64,000 nt of DNA from contig OZ024755.1 of NCBI GenBank assembly GCA_964016885.1, forward strand, positions 26,536,001 through 26,600,000, read 5' to 3'. The DNA comes from Eledone cirrhosa (lineage: Eukaryota). Of this stretch, positions 43,251-57,463 are shown piece after piece; positions within the stretch are counted from its first letter, which is position 1; each line of letters opens with the position of its first letter. Under the pieces are notes generated by a model, which worked only from the letters and a program-made list of their open reading frames with translations, did no database searches and was not told where the DNA came from. The position numbers were made by a program, and so were the translations under genes.

Positions 43251-43550
43251 CATTCTTCATCTATAGAAAAAATCGGCTGTCTCTACAACTCCATAATGAG
43301 TTTTAGGATCTTTATCCTTATCCTTTATCCTTTATCCTTCTCTTTATAGAGTTAGTTCCACAAAAGTAAATACTACTATCAGTCGGCAACTTCCATTGTT
43401 GTTTGAAATAAATCCAGTTTCACTGTGTATATGAAATGAAATCCTTTAGTGCAGGTCACACTCAGACAATTTACGTTCAAATGTTACCTAGTTCGTGGAT
43501 AAAGACCCACTTCTGGGTCTTTAATACAGTATCATAACATTCACTAATAT

Positions 43551-43719
43551 TGGTCTCTGATTTAGGCGCAAGCCCAATCATTTTGGGGGATGGAAAGTCG
43601 ATTAAATCGATCTCAGTGTGTTACTGTTACTTTATATTATTGACGCCGTAAAGATGAAAGGCAGAGTTAACCTCGGCGGGATTTGAACTCAGAACGTAAC
43701 ATGTTGTCCGACGCTCTAC
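43551..43719 (-). mobile_element. tRNA-derived SINE with 18-bp TSD
   Basis: TSD CATAACATTCACTAATAT at 43533-43550 and 43720-43737. Confidence 0.9.
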
Positions 43720-45409
43720 CATAACATTCACTAATATCAATCTAAGTTAATTGGAATTACCAACATTAACTTTAGTCTGTCAAGGTTATCAAGTAGGTGC
43801 GGTAGAAAGTTGTATAATTATATAGATGTTTTGCATCTAATCTTCATCGAACAGTAGTAAAATATATGTTGGTTTCCTCGTCAATGCACAAACCAACGAA
43901 GGAACATCTAGAAATTCGTTCGAATTACAAGCAAACTTTCCCCTCAAACCATACCAAGCTTTCTTAAAATAAGGGAATGATATATAAGCCAATATCTAGT
44001 CCGTGAGAGGCAAAAAAGGCGGTCCAGTCTTGACCATCCAGTATATCTGCTCGGTCATAAAGCAGACCTTGAACTAAACGATAACGTCGTAACTACTACT
44101 ACCACCACCACCATCACCATCACCACCACTACTAAGGTGGACAGGAACTATATATCTGTCATATAATATCAATTCTCGAGAGAATTTGATTCCGGAATAA
44201 GCAATCAAATAACGTCATATATGTTTTATATATTGTATAAATATTCAACTCAGAGTAACAATAAAATGAACAACAATGTCTTCGCTCGTTGATAGTGTTC
44301 GTGGGGATGTGATTGCTATTGTTCTCTCTATATAGTAATATTAACTGCTAGTGACAACAGACCTTCTACAATAATCTCGCTGGAAAGCTTTTACTGCAAT
44401 TACTTCAACTAATGGGGTTTAAGCGTGTCTCTTTGTTGTTTAGATATGTTTTTATCCAATTCTGTGATGATAGGATAATGTTTTATTCAGTGAGAGAATT
44501 TCATTAGAGCTTTGAATAAAATTATATAGAAACTATCCCTGCTAAACATGAGCGAGTACATTTCAATCATCAGTAAAGACCATTCAGAAAGTATACAATA
44601 TATGAAGATACATGTAGATATATATCTTTACGTTTGTCTTTCTTTTTTAAAACGAAAGTATGTGATCGCGTTATGGTATGATGTTTGTATAGAAGCATGC
44701 AGAGATATCCATGATTATATCATTCAAATTTGGTTTTATAATGATTGATTGTATATTAAGAAGTGATATGGTATTATATATATGTCAGGTGACACATTTC
44801 GGTGTATATCATCTCTTCACTGCAACTAAAGGTCAGTTCTAAAAATCCCGACAAACATTCTAAATAAATTTTGAATGTCCAATGATCAGCTGTAATGTTC
44901 CAAGTGTCATCTTCGATAATAGAACAAATCGTTGATATTAGTGTTGCAAATTGCATCCAAAGCTGTCAAATTAAAAGCTTATTGGGATTTAACTATTTTC
45001 TATTTTATTAGTTATATTATTGAAGTTCTAAGCGGTGATAGCAAAGTAGTTAAGGCAGCAAAAGACAAGCAGTTCTATAACACATCACTTATGTTGGGTT
45101 GTATTTGTAGATAACACATTTATCTCTGAAATGGAGAAAGTGTGAGAATGATGAGTGTACATCACTCATATCGCTATAACGTTTATCCGTGAAGTGTCTC
45201 GATGCAATTGAGCCAGATATAACATTGTCAGTTTTCAAGCTGAAATTAATCTTCAATGCCATGAGATAGCTTTCTTAATTCTTTTGGTTTGTTTTTTAAT
45301 ATTTACAGGTGATAAAGCAAACTGCTCAGATTTAACTCCTACTGTAAATGTAGCTTGGTGAGAGATTGACCCCCCGATTTATTCTTTAAAATAACGCAAG
45401 ACTATTATT

Positions 45410-45597
45410 TGGATTGGCAGTATCGGTAGAGGGTCGGACACCATGCTTTGACGCATAGAGTTACGGCCCTTGCCATTCTGAGTTCAAATCACGCCGAGGT
45501 TAACTTTGCCTTTCATCCTTACGGGGTCGATAAAATAAAGTACCAGTAATGCACTGAGTAATTGCTGGCCTTGTGCCAAAAGTAGAAACAATTATTT
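45410..45597 (+). mobile_element. tRNA-derived SINE
   Basis: Full-length copy with A and B boxes. Confidence 0.9.
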
Positions 45598-45624
45598 CTA
45601 ATGACTAATCACATTCCTTATTGA

Positions 45625-45680
<56 letters not shown>

Positions 45681-45743
45681 TATTTGAGAGATATTTAATC
45701 AAGCAGCAAAGAAGGACAAATAGTAACACACATTAGTAGATTT

Positions 45744-45955
45744 GACATCCAGAGTTGACATTGCACTCAGTGCTCCTTTGGGAGCCCCTACATGGACACA
45801 CTAGAAGAGGAAGACCAAGGTTAACGTATGTTGATGCCCTAAGGACAGACACTGGTCTGTTGGAGACGCAGGACATGGCAGCGATAATGAGGGACAGAGA
45901 CCGTTGGAGAGAACTCGTCCATGGATCTCGGGAATTTTACCCGCCTTAGATAGAT
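45744..45955 (+). mobile_element. RTE-group LINE 3' end (same family as 36163-36514)
   Basis: Near-identical peptide; stop codon runs directly into TAGATAGAT. Confidence 0.9.
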
Positions 45956-46039
45956 ATGTACAGAACAAAGAAGTATAAGGAGATTAGTAACTGACAAACA
46001 CACACATACATAGGTACATACATGCATGGAGTATATTTG

Positions 46040-46218
46040 TGTGTGTGTGTGTATATATATATACTTTTATTTTCTGTGTCTATCCTTTGTAGTCCTGTCT
46101 CTATTTTTGTACCCCTGAAGAAGGGCTAAAGCCCGACACGTCGAACTTTATTTCCCTTTTCCCATATAAAGCGTGGAACTAATAAGACTTTTTGTCCCCC
46201 CATTTTGTCGTCTCCTTG

Positions 46219-46222
<4 letters not shown>
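46040..46222 (+). mobile_element. PLE remnant with degenerate hammerhead at 46115-46142
   Basis: CUGAAGA-A-GGGC-UAAA-GCCC-GACACGUC (GAAA mutated); ends at (TA)n. Confidence 0.5.
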
Positions 46223-46287
<65 letters not shown>

Positions 46288-46453
46288 TACATGTTAATAG
46301 AGAATCAAGAACATATGCTGCTAACCAACGGATTATTTATTGAATACTGGAAGGTCTTACACGTGTTTCAATGTGGTACATAATCGGCCTGTAAAATGTA
46401 CAGTCCTCTCCCCATACATATATATATATGTATATACATATGTATATATATAC

Positions 46454-46469
<16 letters not shown>

Positions 46470-46485
<16 letters not shown>

Positions 46486-46651
46486 ATAAGTATATATATA
46501 TATATATATAAATATATACATATAAGCGTATGGGTTAATTGTTAGACCGTTGCGCTTACACATATATATATATATGTGTGTGTATAAGTATATATATATA
46601 TATATATACATATAAGCGTATGGCTTAATTGTTAGACCGTTGCGCTTACAT
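46470..46651. repeat. About 90-bp tandem duplication containing microsatellite
   Basis: TATAAGCGTATGGsTTAATTGTTAGACCGTTGCGCTTACA occurs twice. Confidence 0.85.
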
Positions 46652-47865
46652 GCGTAAGTTCGATATACGGATTTGTGTGTGTATGCACGCATACGTTCTT
46701 GTGTCTATGTATATATGTGTGTGTGTGTGCGTGTTTCTATATGTGTGTGCTCGAATGTGTTCTTAAATTTATGTGTGTGTATTCTATTCGATGTACGTGT
46801 AGAAACATACAAGATGGGAGAGGAAATGGGTATAGAGTGGTAGAGATAGAGAGAAAAAAATAAAGACTGAAATAGTATACTAAGTAGATAAACCGATAAC
46901 TATATTTTTTCTGTAGTTTACCGTAGAAAAAAATCAGAAAATATACATTTTAATTCAATTTCTGAGTCTCATTATTATTCGGATTTTTTTTTGCTCCTAA
47001 ACAAATTAATGTATATCTAAGACGCCAGCAAATTTATTGAATACAATTTCTTTTCAATAAGAATTGAACTGACGGAATAGTTAGATAAAGACTAATTTCT
47101 GTAAGTAGTAAAAAAGGAGGATATAGAAAGCATGAGAGAACGAGTGGAAAAATGTAGAATGAAATTTAAGACAGTGATTCTAAAAGGTAGGACCATTCGA
47201 CGGATAGAAGAGGGTTGGTGAATGACTACCCCTATATAAAACTATAAGGGGTAGTTTTATAGTGAAAAAAAAAAAGCGAATGAGAAATGGAAAGGTAATA
47301 GAAAGTATCTAAGGAAAGAAGGGTTTAGAAGGAATATATAGTTGAAAAAGAAACACTTAACAAAATTGAAAGAAATTATAAATGTAGGGAAAAAATAGCA
47401 GGAAGTAAAGACAGTGAGAAGAAAAGGGAAAGAGAAAATAGTAGAAAAGAAAGAATAATTGTATGAAAGAAAAAAGGGCAACAAAAAAATGGAAGCAAAA
47501 TTTCTTTCTTTCTTTTTTTGTTTATACCACTTTCTATTTATCTTTTAAAATAATGAAGGATATCAATAGATGAACAAAGAAGCGAAATAAAAAAAAATCT
47601 AAAATGAGGGAAGAAAAAATATCAAGGAGATGGAGAGAATAATATTAGAAAGAAGAAAATTGAAAGTAATAGAAAGAAGGTGTAAAAAAAATGATTAAAA
47701 TAGAGTAGATGTCGTTAGTTTCCTATAAATGAATATACTAAGATGGGTGAAATATGTATACATATTGGTATATATATATATATATATATATAAATATATA
47801 TATAATATATATATATATATAAGTTTATTCCGGGTTCAATCGGGGGTAACCACAACCATTTTCTC

Positions 47866-47899
<34 letters not shown>

Positions 47900-47913
47900 C
47901 TTCTCTCTCTCCT

Positions 47914-47996
<83 letters not shown>

Positions 47997-48027
47997 GTGT
48001 TTTAATGCATCACTGATTCCTCGTTAT

Positions 48028-48110
<83 letters not shown>

Positions 48111-48177
48111 ATATGTCCCAAGGCTCTGATACCATCAACACTATAAACACAGAGCTGGCATATGTAAGAACTGACTA

Positions 48178-48233
48178 ACTGCCTGATGAGGTCATAGCCA
48201 TTCAATGGCTATCATCGAAATATATATAGCAGT
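48178..48233 (+). ncRNA. Type I hammerhead ribozyme motif with intact core, inside a 165-bp element (48115-48279)
   Basis: ACUGC-CUGAUGA-GGU-C-AUAGCCA(UUCAA)UGGCUAU-C-AUC-GAAA-UAUAUA-UA/GCAGU, followed by AATAAA at 48235-48240; element flanked by (TA)n. Confidence 0.85.
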
Positions 48234-48288
48234 AAATAAAGGATTTTGAGTTCATGCAATTGACTTATGTTTCGTCACTATATATATA

Positions 48289-48553
48289 TATTAGTAAAAA
48301 GGAAAAGAAAATGCTAACAAATTTTCCCCAGTGAAAAATATTTTAATTAGGAATAAGTATAAATTAGTAATAAGTATTAGTTAGTATTCAGTTTTAGTTT
48401 TAAGTTTTTACCGGTTACACATTTCTTATGCTTTTCAAAAATAATTTTGAGATAGAGTGCTCGTCATTTTTGCTCTAATTTATACTTATTCCTAATTAAA
48501 CTACTTTTCACTGGGAAAAATGTGTCAGCATTTTCTTTTCCTTTTTACTAATA
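48289..48553. repeat. Inverted repeat, about 80-bp arms; probable PLE fold-back
   Basis: Arms 48289-48367/48475-48553; spacer contains TTTACCGGTT...TGCTTTTCAAAA like family B. Confidence 0.7.
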
Positions 48554-48780
48554 TATCACAACTCGTGTGTCACACCTCTATTTTTTAAAATATATATATA
48601 TATATATATATATAATAAATAAATACAATATCGGAGAAAGCTTTTTAGCGATACTCCGGCCAAATTCCAACTCACTCAACAAACATTAGGAAATAAGTGA
48701 TTATATTCTCAATTATTATTCGAGGTGCTAACTAAAAGTATTGCGTGGAAAATTGGCTGTATTATTTCAAATGAGACATA

Positions 48781-48834
<54 letters not shown>

Positions 48835-49269
48835 TATATATGTTGTTTTTTTTTCTTTCTTTTCTCTATCTCTCTTTCTTTTTTCTCTCTCTATCTTTAT
48901 TATTTGATATTATTAATGATGCTGTAATTTGAATCCGTAAAATTACCGTTAACAGTTATCTCCGATGATCTGGTTAAGCTAACAACGTATTTGAAATTGA
49001 GTGGCACTACTTCAAGTGTTCAGCAATGTTTAGACAACTTAATCAGTGAAACAATTGTTAGACTGTAAATAAAACCCTTTTTTGTACTGTTGACCATGTT
49101 ATTCTTCACTTTTTCAATTTTATTACTCCAAGTTAAACTTACATAAACTCGCCACCTACGTAAACCTCTTCTTGAGTCAAACAACGCCGTACGCTAAAAC
49201 TATCCATAATACGAAGTATTCATAACCTCTAACTGGATTACCTATAACGATATTTTGTTATCCCTTATA

Positions 49270-49350
<81 letters not shown>

Positions 49351-49511
49351 AAGAAAGAAAAAGAGAGGGAGAGAGAGAGAGATATTTATAAGAATCGAAG
49401 TCAGTGTTGCAACATATGTACAAACTTTATTTGCATATTACAATTTTTTCGATATTAATCAGCTCAGGGTACAATCAAGGTGACGGGACCCAACACTTTT
49501 TCGACATCTCA

Positions 49512-50041
49512 TCAGATATGCTAGCTGATAAATGCAAAGACACATCTAAATTGTTGACAGAGGTCCAGAGATCTGTTTATATACACTTATTGGTGGGTTT
49601 GTAGGGGTGGGTGGTGGGAAATTGGGTTTAGGTTTAGAGGGCGGTGTATAAGGGTGAAAGGTGAAAATATAAAATATTAATTTTTCATCTGCACCATCTT
49701 ACCAGTACATTTATTTTATTTTACTCTAATTCATCTTTCACTTTCATTTCTCACTCGAATATTATTTATTTATTATTATTATTGTCCTTATTTTTGTTAA
49801 CCTTTTCACCCCTCCTTTCCTCCTACTTTACTTGTTTACTATTTTATTTAATTTTATATATATGTTTAATATAAACTACTGTTACCGTTATGTTTTTTTT
49901 ATATTTCTATCTTTCGCCCTTATACTAAACCTAATTTGACTCCACCCCCTACAAACCCATCAATAAATGTATATAAACAGATCTCGAGACATCTGTCAAC
50001 AGTTTAGATGTGTTTTTGCACATATAAGCTCGCATATCTGA
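49512..50041. repeat. Diverged inverted repeat, about 130-150-bp arms
   Basis: ACACATCTAAATTGTTGACAGAGGTCCAGAGATCTGTTTATATACA pairs with TGTATATAAACAGATCTCGAGACATCTGTCAACAGTTTAGATGTGT. Confidence 0.75.
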
Positions 50042-51028
50042 CAAACACACGAACATGCGTGCACTTGGGTCCTCACCAAACATGCGTGCACCTGGATCCT
50101 CAATAAAAAGATATTGTGTGGTTCCTTTCTTCCTCTGACAAACTTATAGAAAAAGGAGTACACACGGCTTCAAATTCCTCTTGTTCCACATTTGCCCTGC
50201 ATCTTTCAGAAATTCCATTACGTAAGTGTTTCTCTGAAAATTAGAAATCCTTGCACGAAAAATGTTATAAGTTATAATTGGGTTGTGTGCTGAGATCTGT
50301 TTAAATTTGCCTTGATGTACTAGATGTAAACCCAATACAAGTCCTTTTGATAAAGTAAACACCTGCTCCAGAATCTATCGTGAAGTGGTTTGTAATTGGA
50401 TTGTTATAAATGTCAAAATGTCAAGTGTGAAGGTAGAATAGATACATCCAAAGCTAGGTAATTGTGTTTTCAATTACACTACAAAGAGTTATATGTAATA
50501 TTGAATGAGGTTTAGACATTGCTGCTGGTAGGCATTCCTTAATAATCAACTACGTATGGTAAGTCATTTTTTTATCATTGCCAACCACCTAAAAACTCAT
50601 TCTTATTATTTTTCATTGTCCATATATATATGTGAGTGTGTGTGCAAATGTGGGCGTTTAGCTTTATCTATATATTGTAGGTGGTTCAGTGAATTACTGG
50701 TATTGGTACCAAAGCAAAGCACTCTATGCACAGGCAATGTGTATATATTAGAAAAAAACGAGGAAGTTTTGTTTACATGTAAAATATATTTATTTTGTAT
50801 CGACCTGTTGCGCGCATTTCGCAGAGGATTGGCTCAAGGTCACCCATAGCAGTTATGGACCCGGCTCCACTGTCGATCTGCTCTTCAGACTGACGATGTG
50901 ATCTATTTATCTATCTATCTATCTATTTATTTATTGTTATTGATTATTGTTAAATATTTTTATGTAAAAGCCCCGCCGTCACATCTTGCAATGTCCCACT
51001 TTTGTATGGCCCTGTGGCAAATAAAGAA

Positions 51029-51109
<81 letters not shown>

Positions 51110-51114
51110 TCTCC

Positions 51115-51147
<33 letters not shown>

Positions 51148-51743
51148 CAGAGAGAGTTTAAAGCCACCGGCTTATCTTTACACTATATATAATACACCCC
51201 ATGACAGATTTTGCATGTCAATTTTATACATCTGCCTCATGTCAGCTAGTTTTACACACTAAAATCGTAGATATACTATACTTCCCACCTATATTGATGT
51301 TGTGATTATTTCAAATAATTTATTGCTAGCATTGTTAGTATTGTTGTTAATGTGCTGATTGAATGCCATTACTACTATATATAGTAGCCATGCCTGTATA
51401 TTCCTTTCATTCTCACAAGCTCCGATGAATTGACTGGTTATAACTTTGTATTGGTGATCGAATAACGTGAAAACAAGCGATCTCTAGACCTACCAGTTCA
51501 GAGAAACAATTGTCAGCAATGAGATTAAAAACCTTTTTTGTATAGCAAACCGTGTCACTCTTCTTTCCTGATTTATCTTTACTCCAAGTGTTTACAACAT
51601 AGGAATTACCGCGTACTCGCAACATCACTATTGAAACGCCTTGTTGAGTGAGACTTAGCCAAGCGTTGATATCATCCACTACTCGGAGTACCATCACTGG
51701 ACTACACTTAAGTGGACTACCTATAACAATAATTTGTTACCCC

Positions 51744-51829
<86 letters not shown>

Positions 51830-52295
51830 CATACTTTTGTATTCCATTCCTCACTGTCTATTCAATGATCTCTCCTTTATCTCTGCAAGGGGGCAATTCA
51901 ACACCCCCTCTCTCTCTATCTATCTATCTCTTCAAATCCTTGCTTCAAGGCAAAGCCATCGTTTCTGAATGCCTCCACTAGGCCCTTTCATTCCTTTATT
52001 GTTGAAGTTTCCACGTCGTCTGTATTTGTCTCCTACATTTTATAACCGGTTACCTTATCTTGATATCACATCCATTTTGCTTCTTCTGTCTATGATTTTA
52101 TTCCAGGTATATATTTACAGTTTTTATGTTCGCCCAAATTACATGTTTATCTCTTCCGAACAATGTCTTCCTAATTGGGAAATACCGTCCTGGCAGGACT
52201 CTATGTTATGGTATCGAAAATCCATGAAGTTTGAGGACTCGGCTGAAGATCGGACTTTTTCGTTGTTATTGCTGTTTGCCACGTTTTGCAGTTTT

Positions 52296-52552
52296 TAATC
52301 GACTTAGCCCCTTGCCCTCAAATTGTTGGCCTTGTGAATTGGCAGTATCGGTAGAGGGTCGGACGCCATGCTTTGCAGCATAGAGTTACGGTCCTTAATG
52401 ATCTGAGTTTAAATCCCGCCGAGGTTAACTTTGCCTTTCATCCTTACGGGATGGATAAAATAACGCACCAGTAATAAACTGGGATCGATTTAATCGACTT
52501 TCCCCTCACTCCAAATTGCTGACCTTGTGCCTATATCTGAAACCATTATTAT
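52296..52552 (+). mobile_element. tRNA-derived SINE (long-tail subfamily) preceded by a SINE tail fragment
   Basis: A and B boxes, core, GATTTAATCGACTTTCCCC, (ATT)n tail. Confidence 0.9.
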
Positions 52553-52570
52553 TGTTATTATTATTATTGT

Positions 52571-53378
52571 TCTTTGAGTCTCAGTCATTGATGTTATTTA
52601 ACTGGAAAGTTTGTTGAAATGAATATCAAGCCGCTACCTGCAGCCTCAGATATTCAGAACGTATCGGAGGGTTCTTGCTGTTCCCAGCAAGCATGCCTTT
52701 TGAATTGTTCCAAAAAGCGGGGCTGGACTAACTTTCTTTAACCATCCTTGGAAACTCTTTGAGATAGCACCTAGTGCGCCTATGACAATCGGGATGACTG
52801 TGACTTCATGGCAGTTCCAAATCCTTTTTACCTCCCACTTTAAGTCTTGGTTTCGGTTAATTTTCTCCCTCTCCTTTTCTTGCACTCTCGTGTCAAATGG
52901 GCAGGCTACATCTACAATCAGGCACGATCTTTTTTCCTTGTCCAAAACCACCAGGTCAGGCCTATTGTGTTCCAGTTTCTTATCCGTCTGTATCCTAAAA
53001 TCCCATAGCACCTTCACCTGATCGTTTTCTATCACCGACTCTGGCTTATGCTCATACCACTTCTCAGAATGTCGTAAATTGTTTACTTTGCATAGGTGCC
53101 AGTGGATCACCCTGCCCATCACATCATGTCTCCAGCCTATATAGGGAGTGGACTAGGTGTTTACACTCGGATACAATGTGAGCCACAGTCTCCTCTCTCC
53201 ACAGATCCTACACAGTGGGCTAGCCTCCACCTTGTAAATATGGTGTTTCACCCACTTCGTTTTGAGTGCCTGCTCTTGCGTAGCCATTAGCATTCCTTCT
53301 GTAGCCTTTTTAAGGTCTCCTCTTTTTAACCAGTTCCATATCTGTGGATCTCTAAATTCAGTTTTCTCAAAGAAGGTA
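52571..53378 (-). mobile_element. Dong/R4-clade RLE LINE, 5'-truncated, in (TAA)n
   Basis: WLKRGDLKKATEGMLMATQEQAL..CRICG (CCHC start), IHWHLC, LWDFRIQTDKKLEHNRPDLVV, IVDVACP, EREKI, IPIVIGALG, LLGTARTLR; TAA tracts at both ends. Confidence 0.92.
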
Positions 53379-53405
53379 CTATTATTTTTATTATTATTAT
53401 TATTA

Positions 53406-54884
53406 CAGCTGCATTTATCTTGCTTTATGTTCATACGAGTTATCACCAAGTCACAGCCAGTGACCTCAAGAGACAACAAGGTCCGCCATGTTCAAGAAAG
53501 AACATACATACTCACACATGCATCTTTAGGTGTTTAGACTTGTGATGTACTTATATTGACAGAATCTTCCTTAGTATATGGGCAGTTCCCATTAGTACTA
53601 TCTTTTGTATTTCTCCTATACGCGGGTTTCCTGGGATTTGCGATAAGTAATCATTAGACCCCTTAGGTATCATTCCTAGAGCGCCTACAACCACTGGTAT
53701 TGTTTTTTTCTCAATTTCCACATTTTTCCAATTTCTATCTCCAAGTCCTTATACTTGCTCAATTTTTCAAATGTTTTTATAGATACATTCTTGTCTATTG
53801 GAACGGACATATCAATTAGCAGGCATACCCTCTTTTAAAAGTCCTTCAGTATTGTATCAGGTCTATTTGCATCTATTTTTCGGTCTGTTTGGATGCTAAA
53901 GTTCCACAAGATTGAGATGTGATCTTTTTCAAGTATGGGAGGTGGTTGATGCTCCCACCAATTCTTTTGATGGGGCAGGTCAAAATGCTTACACATTATC
54001 CAATGTATGTATTGTGCAGCTCTGTCATGCCTGTTTAGGTATTCGGTTGGAGCTATAGGACTGCACATTGAAATTATATGATCAATGGTCTCTGGTTGTT
54101 TTTTACATACACGGCATCCATTTTTTATTATGTTGGCTTGGTCATTTTTTGTTGGCAGACACTGATCTTGTGCTGATATAATCAGTCCTTCAGTCTCCGA
54201 TTTCAGTCCAGAGGATGCCAACCACTGATAGGTTAAAGTTTTGTCAACATCAGGATTGTTAGCTCGTTCTTGGTATTTTTCATACAGAGGCTTTTCTTGC
54301 CATTTCTTAGCCAGTTTGTGTAACAGTTCTTTCTTTGCAGTTACTTTTACCTGCTTTGCTTTTTCTGTGTTTTCCATTTCAGCAGTAAATGGGACTTCTG
54401 AAATTTGTAGTCCTTTACTGTATCTTTGTGCATCTTTTGTAATAGAGTATGATCTTTTGATGCTTTCGTGTTTCAAAACGAGTTTGATCATCCAATCATG
54501 TGATTCCCTTAGACATGTAGATAATCCAATTGTTGCAGTTTTCAACGCAATATCTAATTGGATTAACCCACGTCCTCCTTCTTTCCTAGGGAGATATATT
54601 CTATCTGTATCTGCCTTAGGGTGATGCATTCTGTGAATGGTTACGAATTTTCTAATTTTTGTATCGAGCCTACGGATCTCTGTGCTTGACCAGTTGATGA
54701 CATTGTAACTGTAGGTTACTAGTGGTATGGCAAGCGTGTTTATGGCATCGATCCTATTCCTTGCATTCAATTCCGTTCTTAAGATTGCTCTTACTCTGCG
54801 GTAACATTCCTTCCTTATCCTTTCCCTCATTGTCGAGTGCTTGATTCCGTCTCCTTCACAAACACCTAGATATTTGTAAGTTTT
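53406..54884 (-). mobile_element. Second Dong/R4-clade RLE LINE, 5'-truncated at the RT YKYLG motif, in (TAA)n
   Basis: YKYLG, YLPRKEGGRGL, LKSETEGLIISAQDQ, CRVC..ETIDHIISMC, RHD, NRPD, VVVGALG, GTAHILRKILSI* (stop at about 53551); internal stop at 53835. Confidence 0.93.
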
Positions 54885-55007
<123 letters not shown>

Positions 55008-55571
55008 GGGTAAGATGGGGTGGCTCATTGGTAGGTAATAGATATTTGAGTCTGAGATAATTTTTAATTTTTAAATAGCATACACTACATGGAAGCGTAT
55101 ACAATTGGTAAACGGTAATAAATGAAATATTAAAAGCAAAAATGTTCAAAACAGAGAAATTCCCCAGAGAAATCTATACCATGGAGTGTTAAACAATCAA
55201 AATAATGACAAGTTAGGTAGTCTTTTTTGTTAAAGAAAATTGTTTAATCGTTCAGTAAAAGAAGAAAAATAATCAGTTAGCTTAAAATAACATAACATGC
55301 TGAGTTAAATATTGTTACTCTAAGTAAATATCGATTTTCTACTTTCACACAAGACAACATATTTTAGGAGATGGGAATAGCCGATTAAATTAACTATGGT
55401 ATTTGAGTGGCACTTCATTTTATCGAAAAATTGATCTGAGCTGGATTTAAACTGAGATTGTGATTGAGCGTACCTAATTACGAATCCATCTCTCTTGTCG
55501 AAAAATATCAAATACGCATTAATAATTTATATGTATACATGTTTATAAACATAAATTCAGGCATACATACA

Positions 55572-55828
55572 TGCATCTAATAACTGCATATACACATGTA
55601 TAGATACAAAGCGTATGCACATGCACACATACAACTCAAAACATCCACATCCACACATACAATAACATCCATACCTGTACACACATGCATGCAAGCAGAC
55701 ATGCAGACATGCATACATATCTACCTAGTTGATGCTGAGTAAATTCCAATGAGAGAGTCTTGTATCTATGTTAGAAACCGACTCTTTCTCTATTGGCAAA
55801 AATTTGTGAAATTGTAAAACCAGAAGAA
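55572..55828 (+). mobile_element. R4-like (CATA)n-associated LINE 3'UTR
   Basis: Matches 4547-4790; CATA repeats at both junctions. Confidence 0.9.
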
Positions 55829-55842
55829 CATACATACATACA

Positions 55843-56070
55843 TGATGATGGCTGCCCCATCGTTATCGATGGCCATTGCACGATATAAAATATAAAATTA
55901 TTAATAATTATCAATTAATGCTATCGTGCAATGCCTGTGCGTGAAGATTTTTTTTTAAGTGAGGAAAGACTGTGCACTGAGCCAATCCTACTCTCTGAGC
56001 GACAGTAGTTATAGCGCAAAAAGAAGAAAAGATCAACATCATCGGTAACAGTGATGTAACTTAATGCTCG
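55843..56070 (-). mobile_element. RTE-type 3' end, tail-to-tail with the R4-like copy
   Basis: GGCTGC...TCGTTATCGA..TGGCCATTGCACGATAyAAAA shared with 29097-29140; AAAAAGAAGAAAAGATCAACATCAT shared in reverse with 8590-8614. Confidence 0.55.
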
Positions 56071-57356
56071 AAGTCATTTGGTGTGACGCCCTGCCCATAA
56101 TTTCGTTATTTTTTGCTGAAATAATGTACAAATTTCAGTTTGTTAGAAATGAAATCCAGCCGAGATGTTAGATTCTAGTTTCACAAATTAGTCAGATTAA
56201 TTCGGATGGCTTATATCTTGAGTGTATGTAATTCAACGTCTGCAAAGTAAATGTAAACGGAAAGTGAATCCAAGTATTTGACCTTCTAAAGAAGAATGAT
56301 TGTGCGTCGTGGTTAATGCCGGACTTCAGAACACAAACCCAGAATGGTTGACAATACATGAGGGTGGACACAAGTGTGTTGTACTGTATTAGAAAGAGTT
56401 TGGTCCACCGGATAACCATATGCAACTAGCTAGCTCTGAGAAGCAGACGACGTTGTATTATCAGTGTTAAACCTATCTATAAACACTAGCTGGCGTGTAA
56501 AGACACATCTTGTTGTAATGAATGAGAATATGATGTGACGTCGTTATCTCATCATCAGAAAATCCGTTATTGACTGGCTCCACTCCAGAGCCGGACAGGA
56601 TGGAATGGCTATTTCTCTAAACTTTTGAAATGAGATATTCCTTAATGGATGCAAGGAAATTTTAGATTCCAAAAGACTAATGAAGGATATTTCCGGAACG
56701 TGACAATAATATTTGTAAATGTCACGTTTAACTTAAGAAGCACCCAGATCATATTCATTATCATGATGACCACCAATTACTATTACCACTACGTCCAACA
56801 ACACCGACACAATCATCATCATTATTAACGCCATCTTTTTCATCTTTTAAATTATAACGCGAATCTAAAGAGTGAAATTGTTTCATCTAAACATGCATAA
56901 GAATCTGTTTACCTCACTATTTTATCACACATACACATACACACACAAAAAAAACAATAGATGTCTTAAATCCTGTTATATACGACTCTCAAATACTTTT
57001 CAATATTCTTCTATTATCTTTTACTATAGCTACTATATTCATCGTAATATTCTGAATCTCTTCACCTTCTCTTTTCCTCTCCATGTAACTATACAGAAAT
57101 TATCTCTAGAATCTTACGTCATATTTTCATACATGCACAAGAAGAATTCTTATTAAAAAAGATTTGAAATATCAACAGGAAATATTCTATGCTGGAAGGA
57201 ACTAATAGAAAACATTTTCTTACGGGAAGGAAGTGGGGAGGGAGGAGGCATTGAACAATAGAGCAAGATGGAAAAAGTAAAGTTTTAATATAAGGAAGAG
57301 GCTGGAAGCCACCAGACACAACTGTATCATTTTATTCTTACAATGCGTAACACTGA

Positions 57357-57463
57357 ATAATTGTTTCTAATTTTAGCACAAGGCTAGCAATTACCTCACT
57401 GTATTACTGGTACTTTATGTTATCAACCCCGTAAGGATGAAAGGCAAAGTTAACCTCGGCGGG
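57357..57463 (-). mobile_element. tRNA-derived SINE, 3' half
   Basis: Tail and core. Confidence 0.8.

Noticed and set aside
49600-49645. Telomere-like GGGTTTAGGTTTAG
   Set aside because: Only two imperfect units, inside an inverted-repeat element
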